DNA of 64,000 bases, from positions 2,914,001 to 2,978,000 of the forward strand of contig CDPCPM010000370.1 in assembly GCA_976551045.1 (NCBI GenBank), read 5' to 3'. Numbering within the stretch: position 1 is the stretch's first letter; every line of letters starts with the position of its first letter. Below the pieces are notes generated by a model that saw only the letters and a list, made by a program, of their open reading frames with translations, searched no databases and was not told where the DNA came from. The position numbers and the translations under genes are program-made. Of this stretch, positions 1-13,402 are shown piece after piece. Source of the stretch: Glaucostegus cemiculus (lineage: Eukaryota).

Positions 1-680
1 CTATCCCATTCACCCTATCTTCTTTCTGTCGCTTTCTTTCTCTCTCTCCCTCTCTCCTCTCTCTCTCTCTCTCCTCCTAACCTTCCGAACCATCTGTCGC
101 TAACCATTCCAAAATCTGACATTAATATTCATTAATCTATATCTGTAATACTGTAATATAGAGTAGATTATAACCATTTGACGCAACAACATTGAGTCTT
201 CCGGCATCCCATTTGTTATTCACTGTCAAAACGAAAGTGATAACGTCAATGAAAATGAATCATCCATTTATCCCCCATTCTTTATTTTCCAACGGGGCGA
301 CAATCTTCCATCGGCGCCAATAGACTGCATCTGAAATGTTTACCTCTACTGTAACCTTTAGTGTGACACCTGATCTAATGTTTGCTGGAATTGTGAAGGC
401 CCTGTGTCTACAGTTTCTCCTTGATCCTCAATATTACACCTCAATGATACCTACAGCGTGGTCAAAGACGAATCGTGCCAACGTTGTCCACGGGGACAAA
501 GGTCATCGATGTGTTTGGGCAATGTTTTGCCAAGTTCATACTTGTACGTAGAGGTCCGAAGTAAATTCAGCAATGATTCCTCAAGCTTGGACGACTTTCT
601 TGTTGCGTGCCGCATTCTAAAATAGGACAAGTGACCCTCGCTGATTTATGTGTGCGTCCCTTATGGTTTCTCCGATAAGC

Positions 681-758
681 GCGCCCTCTAGTGAGCGGTT
701 TTTGCAGTATCCCGGGCCCGGTTTTTGTCCGGGACCGCCATCACCCGGCAACAGTGTG
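681..758 (-). promoter_or_regulatory. 23-RSS (CACACTG-23-ACAAAAACC, 758-720) plus CTCF-like motif (694-681)
   Basis: Spacer counted as 23 nt; plus strand GCGCCCTCTAGTGA lies 25 bp beyond the nonamer. Confidence 0.88.
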
Positions 759-1190
759 GGCTCCACGGCACAGAGGTACACGGCGGACTCCGATACAAGA
801 GCTTGGGAGATATTTAAATGAACCATCTTGATGTCTTTCAGCCAAGCAGCGGTAAACCTCACCGGGCATTCTGGAGCCCGTTCCATCTTTTCTGCACTTA
901 AGAGCTTTAGCAGGTATTGTGGACCCCTGCCTCGATGTTGAATGTACCAATAAATATATCGAATGGTTGTTGAGTAACTACAGTTCAGCATTATGGTCTG
1001 TCCTTCCTCGGCCATTAATTCAGGAGGGTCCTGGGTCACTGAATCTTTCCCACTCGTTCCTGCAATAAAAGAAAGAATGTATGAACAGCCCGGCCTTGCA
1101 TCTAACCCACGGGACACACAACGGCCGTTTTCGCCGAGACTCACCGGACAGCACGGCCAATATAATCAGCAGGAAACAGAGGGAACACAT
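759..1190 (-). CDS. TRAV: TCR V segment, subtype A, open
   Basis: Leader 1190-1145, GT-AG intron 1144-1060, V exon 1059-759 GTSGKDSVTQDPPEL...ESAVYLCAVEP, no stops. Confidence 0.88.
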
Positions 1191-1877
1191 GGTGACTGGT
1201 TTCAGCCTCGATAAAATATTTCAAAAATTTAACACCACTTCACCGATGTTGGAGAATGAGATCAGATCAGCGGTAGCTTCATTTTGTGTGAGACTGGGGG
1301 CGTTGCCCTGCTAAAGGATTGGTTGTTAAATGAAAACTGAGCACCAGTCAGAATGGGACTGGGTTCACTTTGTCTCTCTGTCTCTTCATATTCCCGACAC
1401 TTTCACACTCACACACTATCTCTCCCTCTCACACACACATCTCCCACTCACTCTCACAGGCACAGCTCTCTCTCGCACACTCTCGCCTCTGCTACATTGA
1501 CACACACACATTTCCCCATCACACACACACACACATCTCTCTCTTATGCACACATCTATCTCTTTCACACACATATTCCCGCTCCACACACACACATATT
1601 TCTCTCGCTTCTGTCCATCAACGTTCCCAACAGTGAAATGATGTTAGAGACAGAATGGAAAGGGGACATGAGGTGTCACAGAAAATGTGCACCTCCAGCA
1701 AGGAGTTGTATTCAGGAACTGTTCCTCAATCTCGGGCGAGTGCTTTATTTACTGAGTGCGCTCCTCTTATGTCGGAAGTGGATTGCGCGTGCGCTCCTGC
1801 AGGTTACCCGGCAAAAGGCGCCCTCTAGTGAAATGGGCGGTTTCTGTCTGCAACCGCCATCTCCCTGCCACAGCGTG

Positions 1878-2269
1878 GGACAGCGGAGATGTTTCAATAA
1901 GGCACCTTTCTGACTTTCTGCCAAACTGCGGATAGCACAGCTGGACAGTAGGGAAACCTGTCCATCTTCCTCGTGTTATGTATTCCCATCGTGATTTCTT
2001 GAGATAGTCAGCGATTCTGAATGTTTCAAAAAGTATCTGCACTACCGTTAGTGTAACTACAGTCTAGTATTATTGTCTGCCCTTCCTTACACGTTAATTC
2101 CAGAGACTCGCCGGTCACTAAACCGTCCCCAATCTTTCCTGCGGTAAAGGACAGAAAGCATGAACAGCTATGACTTGCGCTCAGCCCACGGGACACTCGC
2201 TGCGCATCTTCCCAGAGACTCACAGGGCAACACGGCCAATATAATCAGTAAGGAGTGGAGGGAACACGT
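1878..2269 (-). pseudogene. V pseudogene, subtype C' (leader-bearing)
   Basis: Start ATG>ACG, stops and deletions; RSS CACGCTG-23-ACAGAAACC (1877-1839); CTCF-like motif 1818-1831. Confidence 0.75.
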
Positions 2270-2750
2270 GGTGCCTGGCTTCAGGCTGCATCGAACGGCA
2301 GATGACTTCTAAGCAGTTCATGCCATTCAACTCATATTGGAGAGTGAGATCAGATCAGCGGATCCCTTCACTTTATTTTAGACTAGGAGCATTGCACTGT
2401 TAAAGGATTTCCCGGATTCTCGAAGTTACAAATCCGGGAAATCCAACAGAGTGCTCAAAGATGAATTCCGTACAAGTTGTCCACAGGGCAAAGGGACATC
2501 GAAGTGTCCCGGCAATATTTTGCCAGGTTGGCAGGTGTACGCAGAGATCCGGCTTAAAATCACGGATGATTCCTCATCTTGGACGACTTGCTTGTTGAAT
2601 GTCACGCTCCAAAATGGAGCACATGAACCCCGTTGATTTGTGTGTGCGTCCGTTGTGGTTTCCCCCAACGAGCGCTCCCTCTAATGAGCGTCCTTGCAAT
2701 GTTCAGCGCCCGGTTTTTGTCCGGTTCCGCCATCTCCCTGCAACAATGTG

Positions 2751-3191
2751 GGCTCCATGGCACAGAGGTACACGGCGGAGTCCGACATAAGAGCTTCAGA
2801 GATATTTAAATGAGCCATCTTGATGTCTTTCTGCAGAGCAGCGGTAAACCTCACCGGGCAATCTCGACAAAGTTCCACCTTTCCTGTGCTAAAAGCCTTC
2901 AGCAAGTATTGTGGACCTCCCACTCCTCCCCCTCGATGCTGTATGTACCAAAAGATATTTGGATCCTCTGCAGCATAATAACAGTTCAGTATTATGGTCT
3001 GTCCTTCCTCAACCATTAGTTCAAGAGAGTCCTGGGCCACCTAAACTTTACCACTCGTTCCTGCGATAAAAGACAGAATGTATGAACAGCCCGGCCTTCC
3101 ATCAAGCCCACGGGACACACACCGGCCGTTTCCGCAGAGACTCACCAGGCAGCACGGCCAATAAGACCAGTAAGGAACAGAGGGAGAACAT
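2751..3191 (-). pseudogene. V pseudogene, subtype A
   Basis: Leader and RSS (CACATTG-23-ACAAAAACC) intact, but in-frame TAG at 3043-3041 near the start of exon 2. Confidence 0.8.
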
Positions 3192-4183
3192 GGTGTCTGG
3201 CTTCAGACTCGATCCAATCTTTCAAGAATTTAACACCGCTTGACCGATTTGTGAGAATGAGATCAGGTTAGCGGACCCTTCATTTTGTGTGAGACTGGGG
3301 GCGTTGCCCTCCCAAAGGATTGGCCGGTAAATCAGAACGAGCACCAATCAGAATGGGCTTTGGTTTTAATTGTCTCTCTGTTTCTTCGCATTCCGTCCTC
3401 TTTAACAATCACACACACAAACCTCTCCCTCGCACACACACATCCCTCTCTCAAACACGCAAATCTCTCACACAAACACATATATACCCTCATCTTTCTC
3501 TATTTCTCAAACACGCACGTCTTTCTCACACACACAACTCCCTCTCTCGCTGCCCACCACCCTTCACCCTTCTCACAACTTGATAACCCACATTTCACGG
3601 CATATCCTGCAAATTCTATCACATTCGGAATGGTAAATCATCGGTCTACATTAAAGGTAACTGCGACAACACTATTGAATCCTGTGGAAACCTACTTGTT
3701 CATCCAAAGTTCACACATTCATTCCTATGCTTTGTTTTCCACTAGAGACCCAAGCTCAGATCCATGCCAATGAACGGCCACTTCATTTTTATCTTTTGGG
3801 GTGACAAGATCAAATGCTTCCCAAAATGTAAGCACGCTGTACGTCCAATTTCCCCCTTAACCTCACTGTTACCTCTTCGGGAAATACTAGCAAAGTCTTC
3901 AAAGATGTTTTCCATTTAAGATCCCAACAATGAAATGTTATTGGAGACAGAATGAAAATAAGATGTCGCGATGTCCCTGAAATTCTTTGGAAAATGTGCA
4001 CCTCCGGGTACGATTTGCATTCAGGAAAGGTTCCTCAATTTTGTGCGAGTTTTGTTTCTGAGCGCTCTCCTCTCATGTGAGGACTGGTTTGCGTGTGCGC
4101 ACCTCCAGGTTTCCCGGCAAAAGGCGCCCTCTTGTGAAAGGGTTGTTTTTTGTCCGGATCCGCCATCTCCCTGCAACCGTGTT

Positions 4184-4478
4184 GTGCGCCGTGACACAGA
4201 GATACATGGCGGAGTCCCACACCAGAGATGTTTCAACGAGGTATTATTTTGACTCTCCGACCAAGCAGCGGACAACCCAGCTGGGCATTCGGGAAACCTG
4301 TCCACCTTCCCTGAGCTATTTATTCTCATCAGGTATCCTGGAGATTTGCCACGATGCTGAATGTAGCAAACAATATACCCACAGGCGCTCGTGTAATTGC
4401 AGTTCAGTATTATGGCCTGTCCTTCCTTATCCGTTAACACAGGAGGCTTCTGGGTCACCAGTACCTTCACACCCGAAC
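4184..4478 (-). pseudogene. Leaderless V pseudogene, subtype C
   Basis: VTQKPPVL..NCNY..IVCYIQH..PECPAG, frameshifted FR3, degenerate heptamer. Confidence 0.75.
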
Positions 4479-5579
4479 CTGCAATAAAGGACAGAATGTA
4501 TAACCAGCCCGGACTTGCGGTCATCCCGCACTGGGAAAGTAATGCTTCTGGACTAATGCCGTGGTTTCTAAAATTCTGGATGGCTGCTCCGTTCTCCGGG
4601 GATAGAGGGCCCTCTCTCGAGCCCAGTCTGAAACTCTTAGAATGGATTTATTTGCCGGCGACAGGTTGAGTCCCATGCTGGTAGTGATGGGCGGGAGAGA
4701 GAGGAGATGGGCATTGGTGAGATAGGATTCAGGGGTCATTGGTGGTCTGAGGTGGGCTGAGGAAAAGTGAAATATGTAAGGTAGGTAACGCCTCTCTCAA
4801 CCCCCCCCCCCTCTCTCTCTCTCTCTCTGCACCTGTCTCTTTTCAGCCACTCTCTTTCATTAACCTTTAGTGTGTTGCGTTTTAGATCGATTTCCCGAAT
4901 GCAAGACACCGTATGTCCGGGTTCCCCTTGATCCTCAATATCACATCCTATAGGATATGTATCAACAGGGGAAGGGGTAATTGCGGTGTCGCGGAAATGC
5001 AGGTCCAAGTGCATATTCCTTCCCGTCGGTACTGTGTCCAATAACAGTTCGGCATTTGTTGCCGACCTCATAAATGGAGCATCCCACTTGTTAATCCGAA
5101 GATCACAAATTCGTTCCTCTGCTTTGTTTTCCGTTCGTGCTCTAATCTCCGATCCATGCCAATGAACTTACACTGAGTTTCTATCTTGCGCAGAGACCTT
5201 TGAGTGACACCTTATGGAATGCTTCCTAGTTATGTAAACACACTGGTTCTCCAGTTTCTCTCTGATCCTTCCTGTTGTATCCTCAGCGAGTGGTAACAAG
5301 GTGTTGAAAGATGTTTTCCATCGATGTTCTCAACAGCGATACCTTGTTGGATTCAGAAATGAAAAGGGGACACAGTGGTGTCCCGCAAATGCTTTGGAAA
5401 ATGGGTACCTCCAGGAAAGGGTTGTATTTGGAAACTTTCGCCATGTTTGGGCACTGAGTGCGCTCCACTTATGTGGGGAGTGGTTTATGTGTGCGCCCCT
5501 CCAGGTTTCCCGGCAAAGGACGCCCCCTAGTGAAAGAGTCAGTTTCTATCCGGATCCACCATCTCCCTGCAGCATTGTG

Positions 5580-5836
5580 GGCTCCATGGCACAGAGATAC
5601 ACGGCGGAGTCCCACACCAGAGACGATTCAACGAGGCATAGTTCTGACGTTCGACCAAGCAGAGGACAACCGGGTCTTGGGTCATTGAATCTTTCCCACT
5701 CGTTCCTGCAATAAAAAACAGAATGTATGAACAGCCCGAACTTGTATCCAACCCACGGGACATACACCGGCCGTTTTCGCAGAGACTCACCGGGCAGCAC
5801 GGCCAATATAATCAGTAAGGAACAGAGAGAACACAT
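5580..5836 (-). pseudogene. Chimeric, internally deleted V (A-type leader/FR1 start fused to C'-type 3' end)
   Basis: DSMTQD joins directly to a C-type FR3 remnant and DSAVYLCAMEP; junction near 5672. Confidence 0.75.
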
Positions 5837-6616
5837 GGTGTCTGGCTTCAGGCTCGATCAAATCTTTCAAGAATTTAACACCACTTGACCGAGGTTAGAG
5901 AATGAGATCAGATCACCGGTAGCTTCATTTTATGTGTGACTGGGGGCGTTGCCCTGCTGAAGGATTGGCTGGTAAATCAGATCTGAGCACCAATCAGAAT
6001 GGGCTTTGGTTCAGTTTGTCTCTCTCTCTCTCTGTATCATTATATTCCGCCATCTTTCACTCTCACACACACTACGACAGGTTGGGGCCCAGGAGAGAGA
6101 GGAGATGGACATTGGTGAGACAGGAGTCCAAGGTGTAATTGGTGGACTGAGGTGCGTGGACTGAGGAATGATGAAATATGTCAGGGACATTGACATCTCT
6201 CTCTCTCTCCCTCTCTCTCTCTATCTCTCTCTCCACCTGTCTCTTTTCAGCCACTCTTGTGCATTAACCTTCAGTGTGTTACGTTTCGAATGATTTCTCG
6301 AGATGCAGAGACACCATATCTCCGGGTTCCCTTTGTTCCTCAATATTATATCCTAAAGAGATACCAGGGAACGGGGCAATCGAGGTGTCCCGGAAATGCA
6401 TTGCCGTGTGCTTATTGTTCTACATCGGTACCGTGTCCAACAACAGTTCGTCAAGTTTGCGAGACTCTTTTTGCTGAGTGTCGACCTCGTAAATGGATCA
6501 CGTCACCCTCACTGATTGGTGTGTGAGTCCCTTCCGTTTTCCCGCTCAACGTGCCCTTTAGTCAGCGCTTGTTGAGATGAATATTACAAGGATCCGTCTA
6601 CTCCCTGCAACAGAGT

Positions 6617-6997
6617 GGTGTCCAAGCCACAGAGATGCACGGCGGAATCCGACTCAAGGACACCGGAGATATGCTGCCTCCCCTCTTGCTGTCGTTATGC
6701 AAAGCAGCGTTAACCTCCACTGCACATTCCATCCTTCCCGACTTCTCACTCATCTTGTAGATTCCTCCCGATGCCGAATCTCTCAAAAATCATATGCACA
6801 CTCAATCAAGTAACAGCTGTTCAGTATTATGATCTGTCCTTCCTCAAACTTTTGTACATGAGTGTCTTGCAATAAACAGCAGAATGTATGAACAGCCCGG
6901 CCTGGCATTGAACCCACGGGACACACACCGGCCGTTTTCGCAGAGATTCGCCCGGAATCATGTCCAATATACTCAATAATGAACTCAGGGAACACAT
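6617..6997 (-). pseudogene. V pseudogene, subtype D
   Basis: ECAVE..AALHNDSKRGG-type FR3, frameshifts, mutated splice donor, no good nonamer. Confidence 0.7.
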
Positions 6998-7869
6998 GGT
7001 TTCCGGCCTCAGAATTGATCGAAAGCTAGAGTGCTTTTAATAGGTTAATACCTCTTGACCGCTATTGGAGAATGACATCACATCAGTGGAACCTTTCGCT
7101 TTGTGTGAGACTGGGGGCGTTGTCCTGCCATAGGATTGGCTGATGAACCAGGAATACCCTATTGGTACGCCAGTGGAGTGTTATCTGGAGCAATTCATCT
7201 CACTGCCTGTTTATNNNNNNNNNNNNNNNNNNNNNNNNNNNNNNNNNNNNNNNNNNNNNNNNNNNNNNNNNNNNNNNNNNNNNNNNNNNNNNNNNNNNNN
7301 NNNNNNNNNNNNNNNNNNNNNNNNNNNNNNNNNNNNNNNNNNNNNNNNNNNNNNNNNNNNCTCTTTCCATCCACCTCTCCCCTTCCCTCTGCTTCTCGCC
7401 CCCTGCCCCACCTCTCACTCCGTCTCTTTCTCTCTCTCTCTCTCTGTCCATCAATCTCTCTATTCTTCCTTTTGAAGTAACCTTTTAACGAATGAATTAA
7501 ATTACTGAAGTAATTGTATCACACGTTTCCCCTTCACCCTCGCTGTGATATGCGCAAGAAACTCCAACAAACTGGTGAAAACTACCTCCAGCAACGTTGA
7601 CAACGGCACATTGCGATGCAGACAATACTGCGGAAAACACATCGAAATATCCCGGACATCATTTGTAGAGTTCCCAGCAGTTACAACAGGTACAAAGATA
7701 ATTCCACAAACTTGGGCGAGTTCTATTGCACTGGAATGCACCGCGTGACCCCCACTGTTTGCGGTGTGAACTTTAAGCTTCCCTTGGGTAAAGCGCCCTC
7801 TAGCAAGCGCTCATTTTCACACTGAGAGCAAATTTTTGTCCGGAACCACCATCTGCCTGTAACAGTGTG

Positions 7870-8295
7870 GGTTTCATTGCACAGAGGTACATGGCGGAGT
7901 CCGACACCAGTGCCCCGGGGATATTTAAGTGAGCCATCTTGCCACCTCTCTCTAAATCCGCGGTAAACCTTCGTTGCATATTTCCTGAGCTAAACACCTT
8001 CACCAAGTATTTTGGAGCTACCGCGCTATGTTGAATGTACCAAAAAATATTTGCATCAGCTATCGAGTAACTACAGTCCAGTGTTATGTTCTGTCCTTCC
8101 TCAATCGTCAAATCTGGAGGGTCCTGAATCACTGAATGTTTTCCACTCGCTCCTGCAATAAAGCACAAAGAGTATGAATCGCCCGAGTTTGTATTATATC
8201 AATGATACACCCATTGGGCGATTTGTCAGAGACTCACCGGGCAGCACGGAAAATGCAATCAGTAAGGAACAGAGGCAACACATGGCGTCTGGCAT
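7870..8295 (-). CDS. TRAV: TCR V segment, subtype B, open, with a 6-codon deletion after CDR2
   Basis: Leader ATG 8295/8283, exon 2 from 8152, ...SGNMQRRFTA...DSAMYLCAMKP; RSS 7869-7831; CTCF-like motif 7793-7806. Confidence 0.8.
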
Positions 8296-9007
8296 CAGGC
8301 TCTATCGAAAGGCAGATTGCTTTCAGGAAGTTAAAACTGCTACGAGATATTGGAGAAAAAGATCAGGTCAGCGTCACCCTTCATTTCGTCCAAGGCTGGG
8401 GGCGTTGCCCTGCACACGATAGGCTGATAGATGACTGATGCTGGCAGGGCACCAATCAGATTTGTCTCCGTCTCAGTGTCCCTTTCTGGTTGTTCTTACT
8501 TCTCGTTATATTCAGTTCTCGCCCTCTTTCCGTTCACCCTCTCTTTGTTTTTCTCTTTCTCTTTCCTCCACCGTCCTCTGTGTCTTACTCTTTATTCTCT
8601 TCTCTCCCCCTCCCTCTATAAATGTATACAATTTTCTTTCTCTCACCTGAAATCAGAATGCACTTCATTTCGGTTCTGTTTTTCCTTCATATTTCCCTCT
8701 CTCCCCCGTTTTTCGTCCTCCTCTCGTCTATCCCTTACTTTCTCTTAATTGTTATCTGATATTTTATACTCTGCATCTCTGTATCTCTCTCTCTCAACCT
8801 CTCTATCTCTCTGCCTCGCACCCGTCACAACTTATTGGCTGAAGCTGAATGTCCCGCGGTTAGGAGGACCACATGACGCTCGGTGGTTTGTGTCTGTGCG
8901 ACCCTCCCAGTTACCCCGCTCAGCGCGCACTCTTAGGAGAGCTCATTGCAACTCCAAGGGCCATGATTTGGGCCAGAAACGGCATCAGCCCCCGCAAAAG
9001 GCTGCGT

Positions 9008-9192
9008 TCCGTGGCACAGACGTACACGGCAAAGGGTGACACAACAGCCAGGGCGATGCTTTAATGAGACTTCTTGTGGTCTTTCTGCAAAGCTCACGGG
9101 GAATTCTGGAGACCGCTCTACCCCCTTGGAAATGAATCCACAGCAAGTATTTTGGAGATTGCCCGCGATGCTGAATGCACCAAAATATACCT
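9008..9192 (-). pseudogene. 5'-truncated V fragment, subtype E
   Basis: FWCIQHRGQSPKYLL to a remnant YLC; no FR1 or leader. Confidence 0.6.
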
Positions 9193-9404
9193 GCAATCCA
9201 AAACACTAACTCGAAATTCGAAAATTCCATGAGCTCGAGAGACTTCGTTGTTGGGTGTCGCCCGTTAAAATGCAGCACATGACCCTCACCGATGTGTATG
9301 TTTCTCCTTTGTGGTTTCCCACCGAGAGCGCCCTCTAGTGAGTGTCTTTGCAATATCCAGGGCACGTTTTTTGTCCGGATCCACCATCTCCTTGCAACAA
9401 TGTG

Positions 9405-9836
9405 GGCTCCACGGCACAGAGGTACACGGCGGAGTCCGATACAAGAGCTTTGGAAATATTTAAATGAGCCATCTTGATGACTTTCTGCCAAGCAGCGGTA
9501 AACCTCACCGGGCATTCTGGATCCCGTTCCATCTTTCCTACGTTTAAGGGCTTTAGCAGGTATTGCGGATCCCTGCCTCGATGTTAAATGTACCAATAAG
9601 TATATCGAATGGTTGTTGAGTAACTACAGTTTAGTATTATGGACTGTGCTTCGTCGGCCATTAATTCAGGAGGGTCCTGGGTCACTGCATCTTTCCCACC
9701 CGTTCCTGCAATAAAAGACAGAGTGCATGAACAGCCCGGTCTTGCATCCAACCCACGGGACACACACCGGCCATTTCCGCAGAGACTCACTGGTCAGCAC
9801 GGCCAATATAAACACTAAAGAACAGAGGGAACACAT
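9405..9836 (-). pseudogene. V pseudogene, subtype A
   Basis: WYI followed by TAA (Gln>stop) near 9585; RSS 9404-9366 and CTCF-like motif 9328-9341 retained. Confidence 0.8.
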
Positions 9837-10820
9837 GGTATCTGGCTTCATGCTCGGTCCAACCTTCAAAGAAATTAATACCACATGACCGATGTTGGAG
9901 AATGTTATCAGACCAGCGGTACCTTCATTTCCTGTGAGACTGGGGGCGTTGCCCTAGTAAAGGATTGGCTGTTAGATCAGAAATGATCACCTATCAGAAT
10001 GAGCTTTGGATTTGATTGTCTCTCTGTCTCTTTATATTCCGTCCTCTTTAAAACTCACACACACAAATCTCTCTCTCTCGCACACACACATCTCTTCTCA
10101 AACACACATATTTCACACACACACACACACAAACACGCACACACATCTCTCTCACACAAGCATGCACACACACAAGCATATGTGCACACACACATCTCCC
10201 TCTCTCTGTGCCCGCAGCCCTTTACTCTTCGCACACCTTGCTAAACCACATCTCACGGTGTAACCCGCACACTCTATTACATTCCGCATTGTAAATCATC
10301 GGTCTACATTGAAGGTAACTGAGACAACATTATTGAATCCTGTGGAAGCCTACTTGTTTATCCAAAGATAATTCTCACCTTCTATTTTCCACCAGAGAGC
10401 CAATCTCAGATCCATGCCAGGAAACGTTCACTGAATATTTGTCCTGTGCAGAGACCGTTGGGGTGACGTTATCGACAGCTGCCCCGAAGTGTAAACAGGC
10501 TGTATCTAGAATTTCCCCCTGAATCTTACTTTTATCTCCTCGGGGAATGCTGGCAAGTTCTTCAAAGATGTCTTAAATTGAATTTTCCAACAGTGAGATG
10601 TTACTGGAGACAGAATAAGAAGGTTGCGATATCCCTGAAATGTTTGGAAAATGCGCACCTCCACGAAGGAAACGTTCTACAATCTTGAGCGAGTTGTTTA
10701 ATGTGTGCGATCCCCTTATGAGAGTACGGGCTTGTGTGTGCGCCCGTTCGGGTTTCCCAGCAGAAGGCGCCCTCTGGTGAAAGGATTGGATTCTGTCCGC
10801 CATCTCCCTGCAACAGTGTG

Positions 10821-11117
10821 CGCTCCGTGGCACAGCGGCACACGGCGGAGTCACTCACAATATATGTTTCAACAGGGCATAGTTCTGACGCTACACCAAG
10901 CAGCCCACAACCCAGATGGCCATTCGGGAGCCAAGTACATCTTCCCTGAGCTATTTATTCTCCTCAGGTATCCTGGAGATTTGCCGCGATGCTGAATGTA
11001 GCAAACAATGTACCCACTGCCGCTCGTGTCACTGCTGTTCAGTATTATGGTCTGTTCTCCCTTATCCGTTAATACCGAAGGCTCCTGGGTCACGACGACC
11101 TCGTTTACACCATAACC
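10821..11117 (-). pseudogene. Leaderless V pseudogene, subtype C
   Basis: First Cys lost (NSSDT), W>C, frameshift; CTCF-like motif at ~10767. Confidence 0.72.
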
Positions 11118-11432
11118 TGCAATAAAGGACAGGATGTATAACCAGTCCGGCCTTGTGTTCATCCCACACTGGGGAAGTAATGCCTCTGGACTCATGCCGT
11201 GGTTTCTAAACTTCTCGGTGGCTGCTCCGTTCTCCGGGGGTAGAGGGCACCCTGTTGATCTCACTCTGCAACTCTCAGAATGGCCATTATTTCCCAGCGA
11301 TAGGTTGGGGCCCATGGTAGTAATGATGGCCAGGAGAGAGAGCAGATGGGCATTGGTGAGATAGGCGTGCGAGGATAGTGATGGTCTGAGGTGGGTTGAC
11401 AGAGGAAGGGCGAAAATTGTCAGGTAGACTAA

Positions 11433-11756
11433 AGCTGTCGTAATGCAAAGCAGCGGTAAACTCCACAGCATATTCTGAAGTTCGTTCCATCCTTCCCGAC
11501 TTCTCATGTATTTTTGGAGATTCTTCACTATGCTGAGTTTATCAAACATGATATGCGCTGTCTATTGAGCAACTGCAGTTCAGTTATATGATCTGTCCTT
11601 CCTCAACCGTTAATGCAGGTGCGCACTGCAATAAACAACAGAATGTATGAACTCCCCGGGCTTGCATTGAACCCACTGGACGGACATTGGCCGCTTTTGC
11701 AGTGACTCACCCGGCAACATGTCCAATATAATTAATAAGGAACAGAGGGAACACAT
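11433..11756 (-). pseudogene. 3'-truncated V pseudogene, subtype D
   Basis: Leader and promoter present, D-type FR3, 3' end and RSS deleted. Confidence 0.65.
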
Positions 11757-12577
11757 GGTTGGACTCAGAATTGATCGAAAGCGCAAGTACTTTCCATCGG
11801 TTGATAATTCTTGACGGTTGTTGGAGGATGAGATCACATCAGTGGCACCTTCCTCTTTTTGTAACCCTGTGGGCTTTGTCCTGCCATAGGATTGGCTGGT
11901 AAATAGGACTGACCCTATTGGTGCACCAATAGAGTGGCATCCGGTGTAATTCATCTCACTGCCTCGTTATATTCCCTTCATATTCCGTTCTCTCCCTCTC
12001 CCACAGTAACGCGCACATGACCATTCCTCTCCCTCTCTTTCCATTTGTCTCTCATTTTCCACCTGCTTCTCGCTTCCTGCCTCTCACTCCCTCATCTCTC
12101 CTTCTTTTTCTATATCTCTCTCTGTCTGCCCTTCAACCTCTCTTCTTCCCTTTGAAGTGGCCTCTATTGTGCTCTCTTAAAGAATGGTTAACATTTCTAC
12201 AGTAATTGCAACTCTAGTTTTCCCTTCTCCCTCACTGCTACATGCTCAAGGAACTCTAACAAACTGATGAAAGATGATTTACAGCAAGTTGATAACAACA
12301 CATCATTTTGTAGACAACACTGGGAAAAGGTCATCGAGATGTCGCGGAAATAGGTTGTATATTTACCAGTTGCATGTACGAGTTGAAGAGAAGCATAATT
12401 TCACATGCTGCCAAGGGTTTTATTGCTGAATGTCACGCTCTTAAATACACGCCGTGATCCTCACTGTCTCCTTTGTGAAACTTCATTGTCCCTGGCGTAA
12501 AGCGCCCTCTGGTGAGAGCTCATTTCACACCCAGAGCAAGTTTTTGTCCGGACCCGCCATCTGCCTGAAACGACGTG

Positions 12578-13021
12578 GGCTTCGTGGCACAGAGGTACAC
12601 CGCGGAGTCCGAGACAAGAGCCCCGGAGATATTGAAATGAGCTCTCTTGTTTCCTTTCTCTAAATCCGCGGTAAACCTGCGAGGACATTCTGGAGGCCGT
12701 TTCACGTCTCCAGAGTTATATACCGTCAGCAGGTATTTTGCAGATTCCACGGGATGTTGCATGTACCAAAAAATATCTGCATTAGCTCTCGTGTAACTGC
12801 AGTCCAGTATTATGGTCTCTCCCTCCTCAACCGTTAATTCTGGAGGGTCCTGGGTCACGGAATCTTGCCCATTCGTTCCTGCAATAAATGACAAACTGAA
12901 TAAATAGCCCGAGCTTACATTGAACCGATGAGACGCACACTGGCTATGTTGTCAGAGACTCACCGGGCAGTACGGCCAATACAATCAGTAAGCAACAGAG
13001 GCAACACATAGTGTCTGGCAT
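12578..13021 (-). CDS. TRAV: TCR V segment, subtype B, open
   Basis: Leader MPDTMCCLCCLLIVLAVLPG, exon 2 from 12878 ...DSAVYLCATKP; RSS CACGTCG-23-ACAAAAACT (12577-12539, weak heptamer); CTCF-like motif 12502-12515. Confidence 0.83.
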
Positions 13022-13124
13022 GAGTCGCGGCCGAAAGGCGGATTACTTTCAAGAATTTAAAGCTACTTGACAGAGAGTAGAGAAACAGGTCAGATCAGCA
13101 GCACCCTTTATTTTGTACAAGGCC

Positions 13125-13209
13125 GGGGGCGTTGCCCTGCTAAATGATTGGCTGGTAGATGACTGAAGCTGCCACGGCACCAATCAGAATGGGCTCTGCC
13201 AAAGTGACG
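13125..13209 (-). promoter_or_regulatory. V promoter, B-type example: GGGGCGTTGCC element, two opposed CCAAT boxes, TGACG half-CRE
   Basis: ATTGG 13147-13151, CCAAT 13180-13184, TGACG ~13205; conserved upstream of most B copies. Confidence 0.6.
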
Positions 13210-13352
13210 CTCTATGGTTGTTTCTCTTTCTGATTATCTTCATTTCTCAATAGTGAAATTTTGTTGGAGGCGGAATGGAAAGGGGACATTCGAACACACA
13301 TCTCTCTCACACACATACATCTCTCCCTTTCTCGCGTACACTTATCTCTACA

Positions 13353-13402
<50 letters not shown>

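Noticed and set aside
9943-10000. MHC-type S-X-Y module (GTTGCCCTAG plus a Y box)
   Set aside because: Order and spacing do not match the X-X2-Y arrangement; only the individual motifs are retained as a finding.
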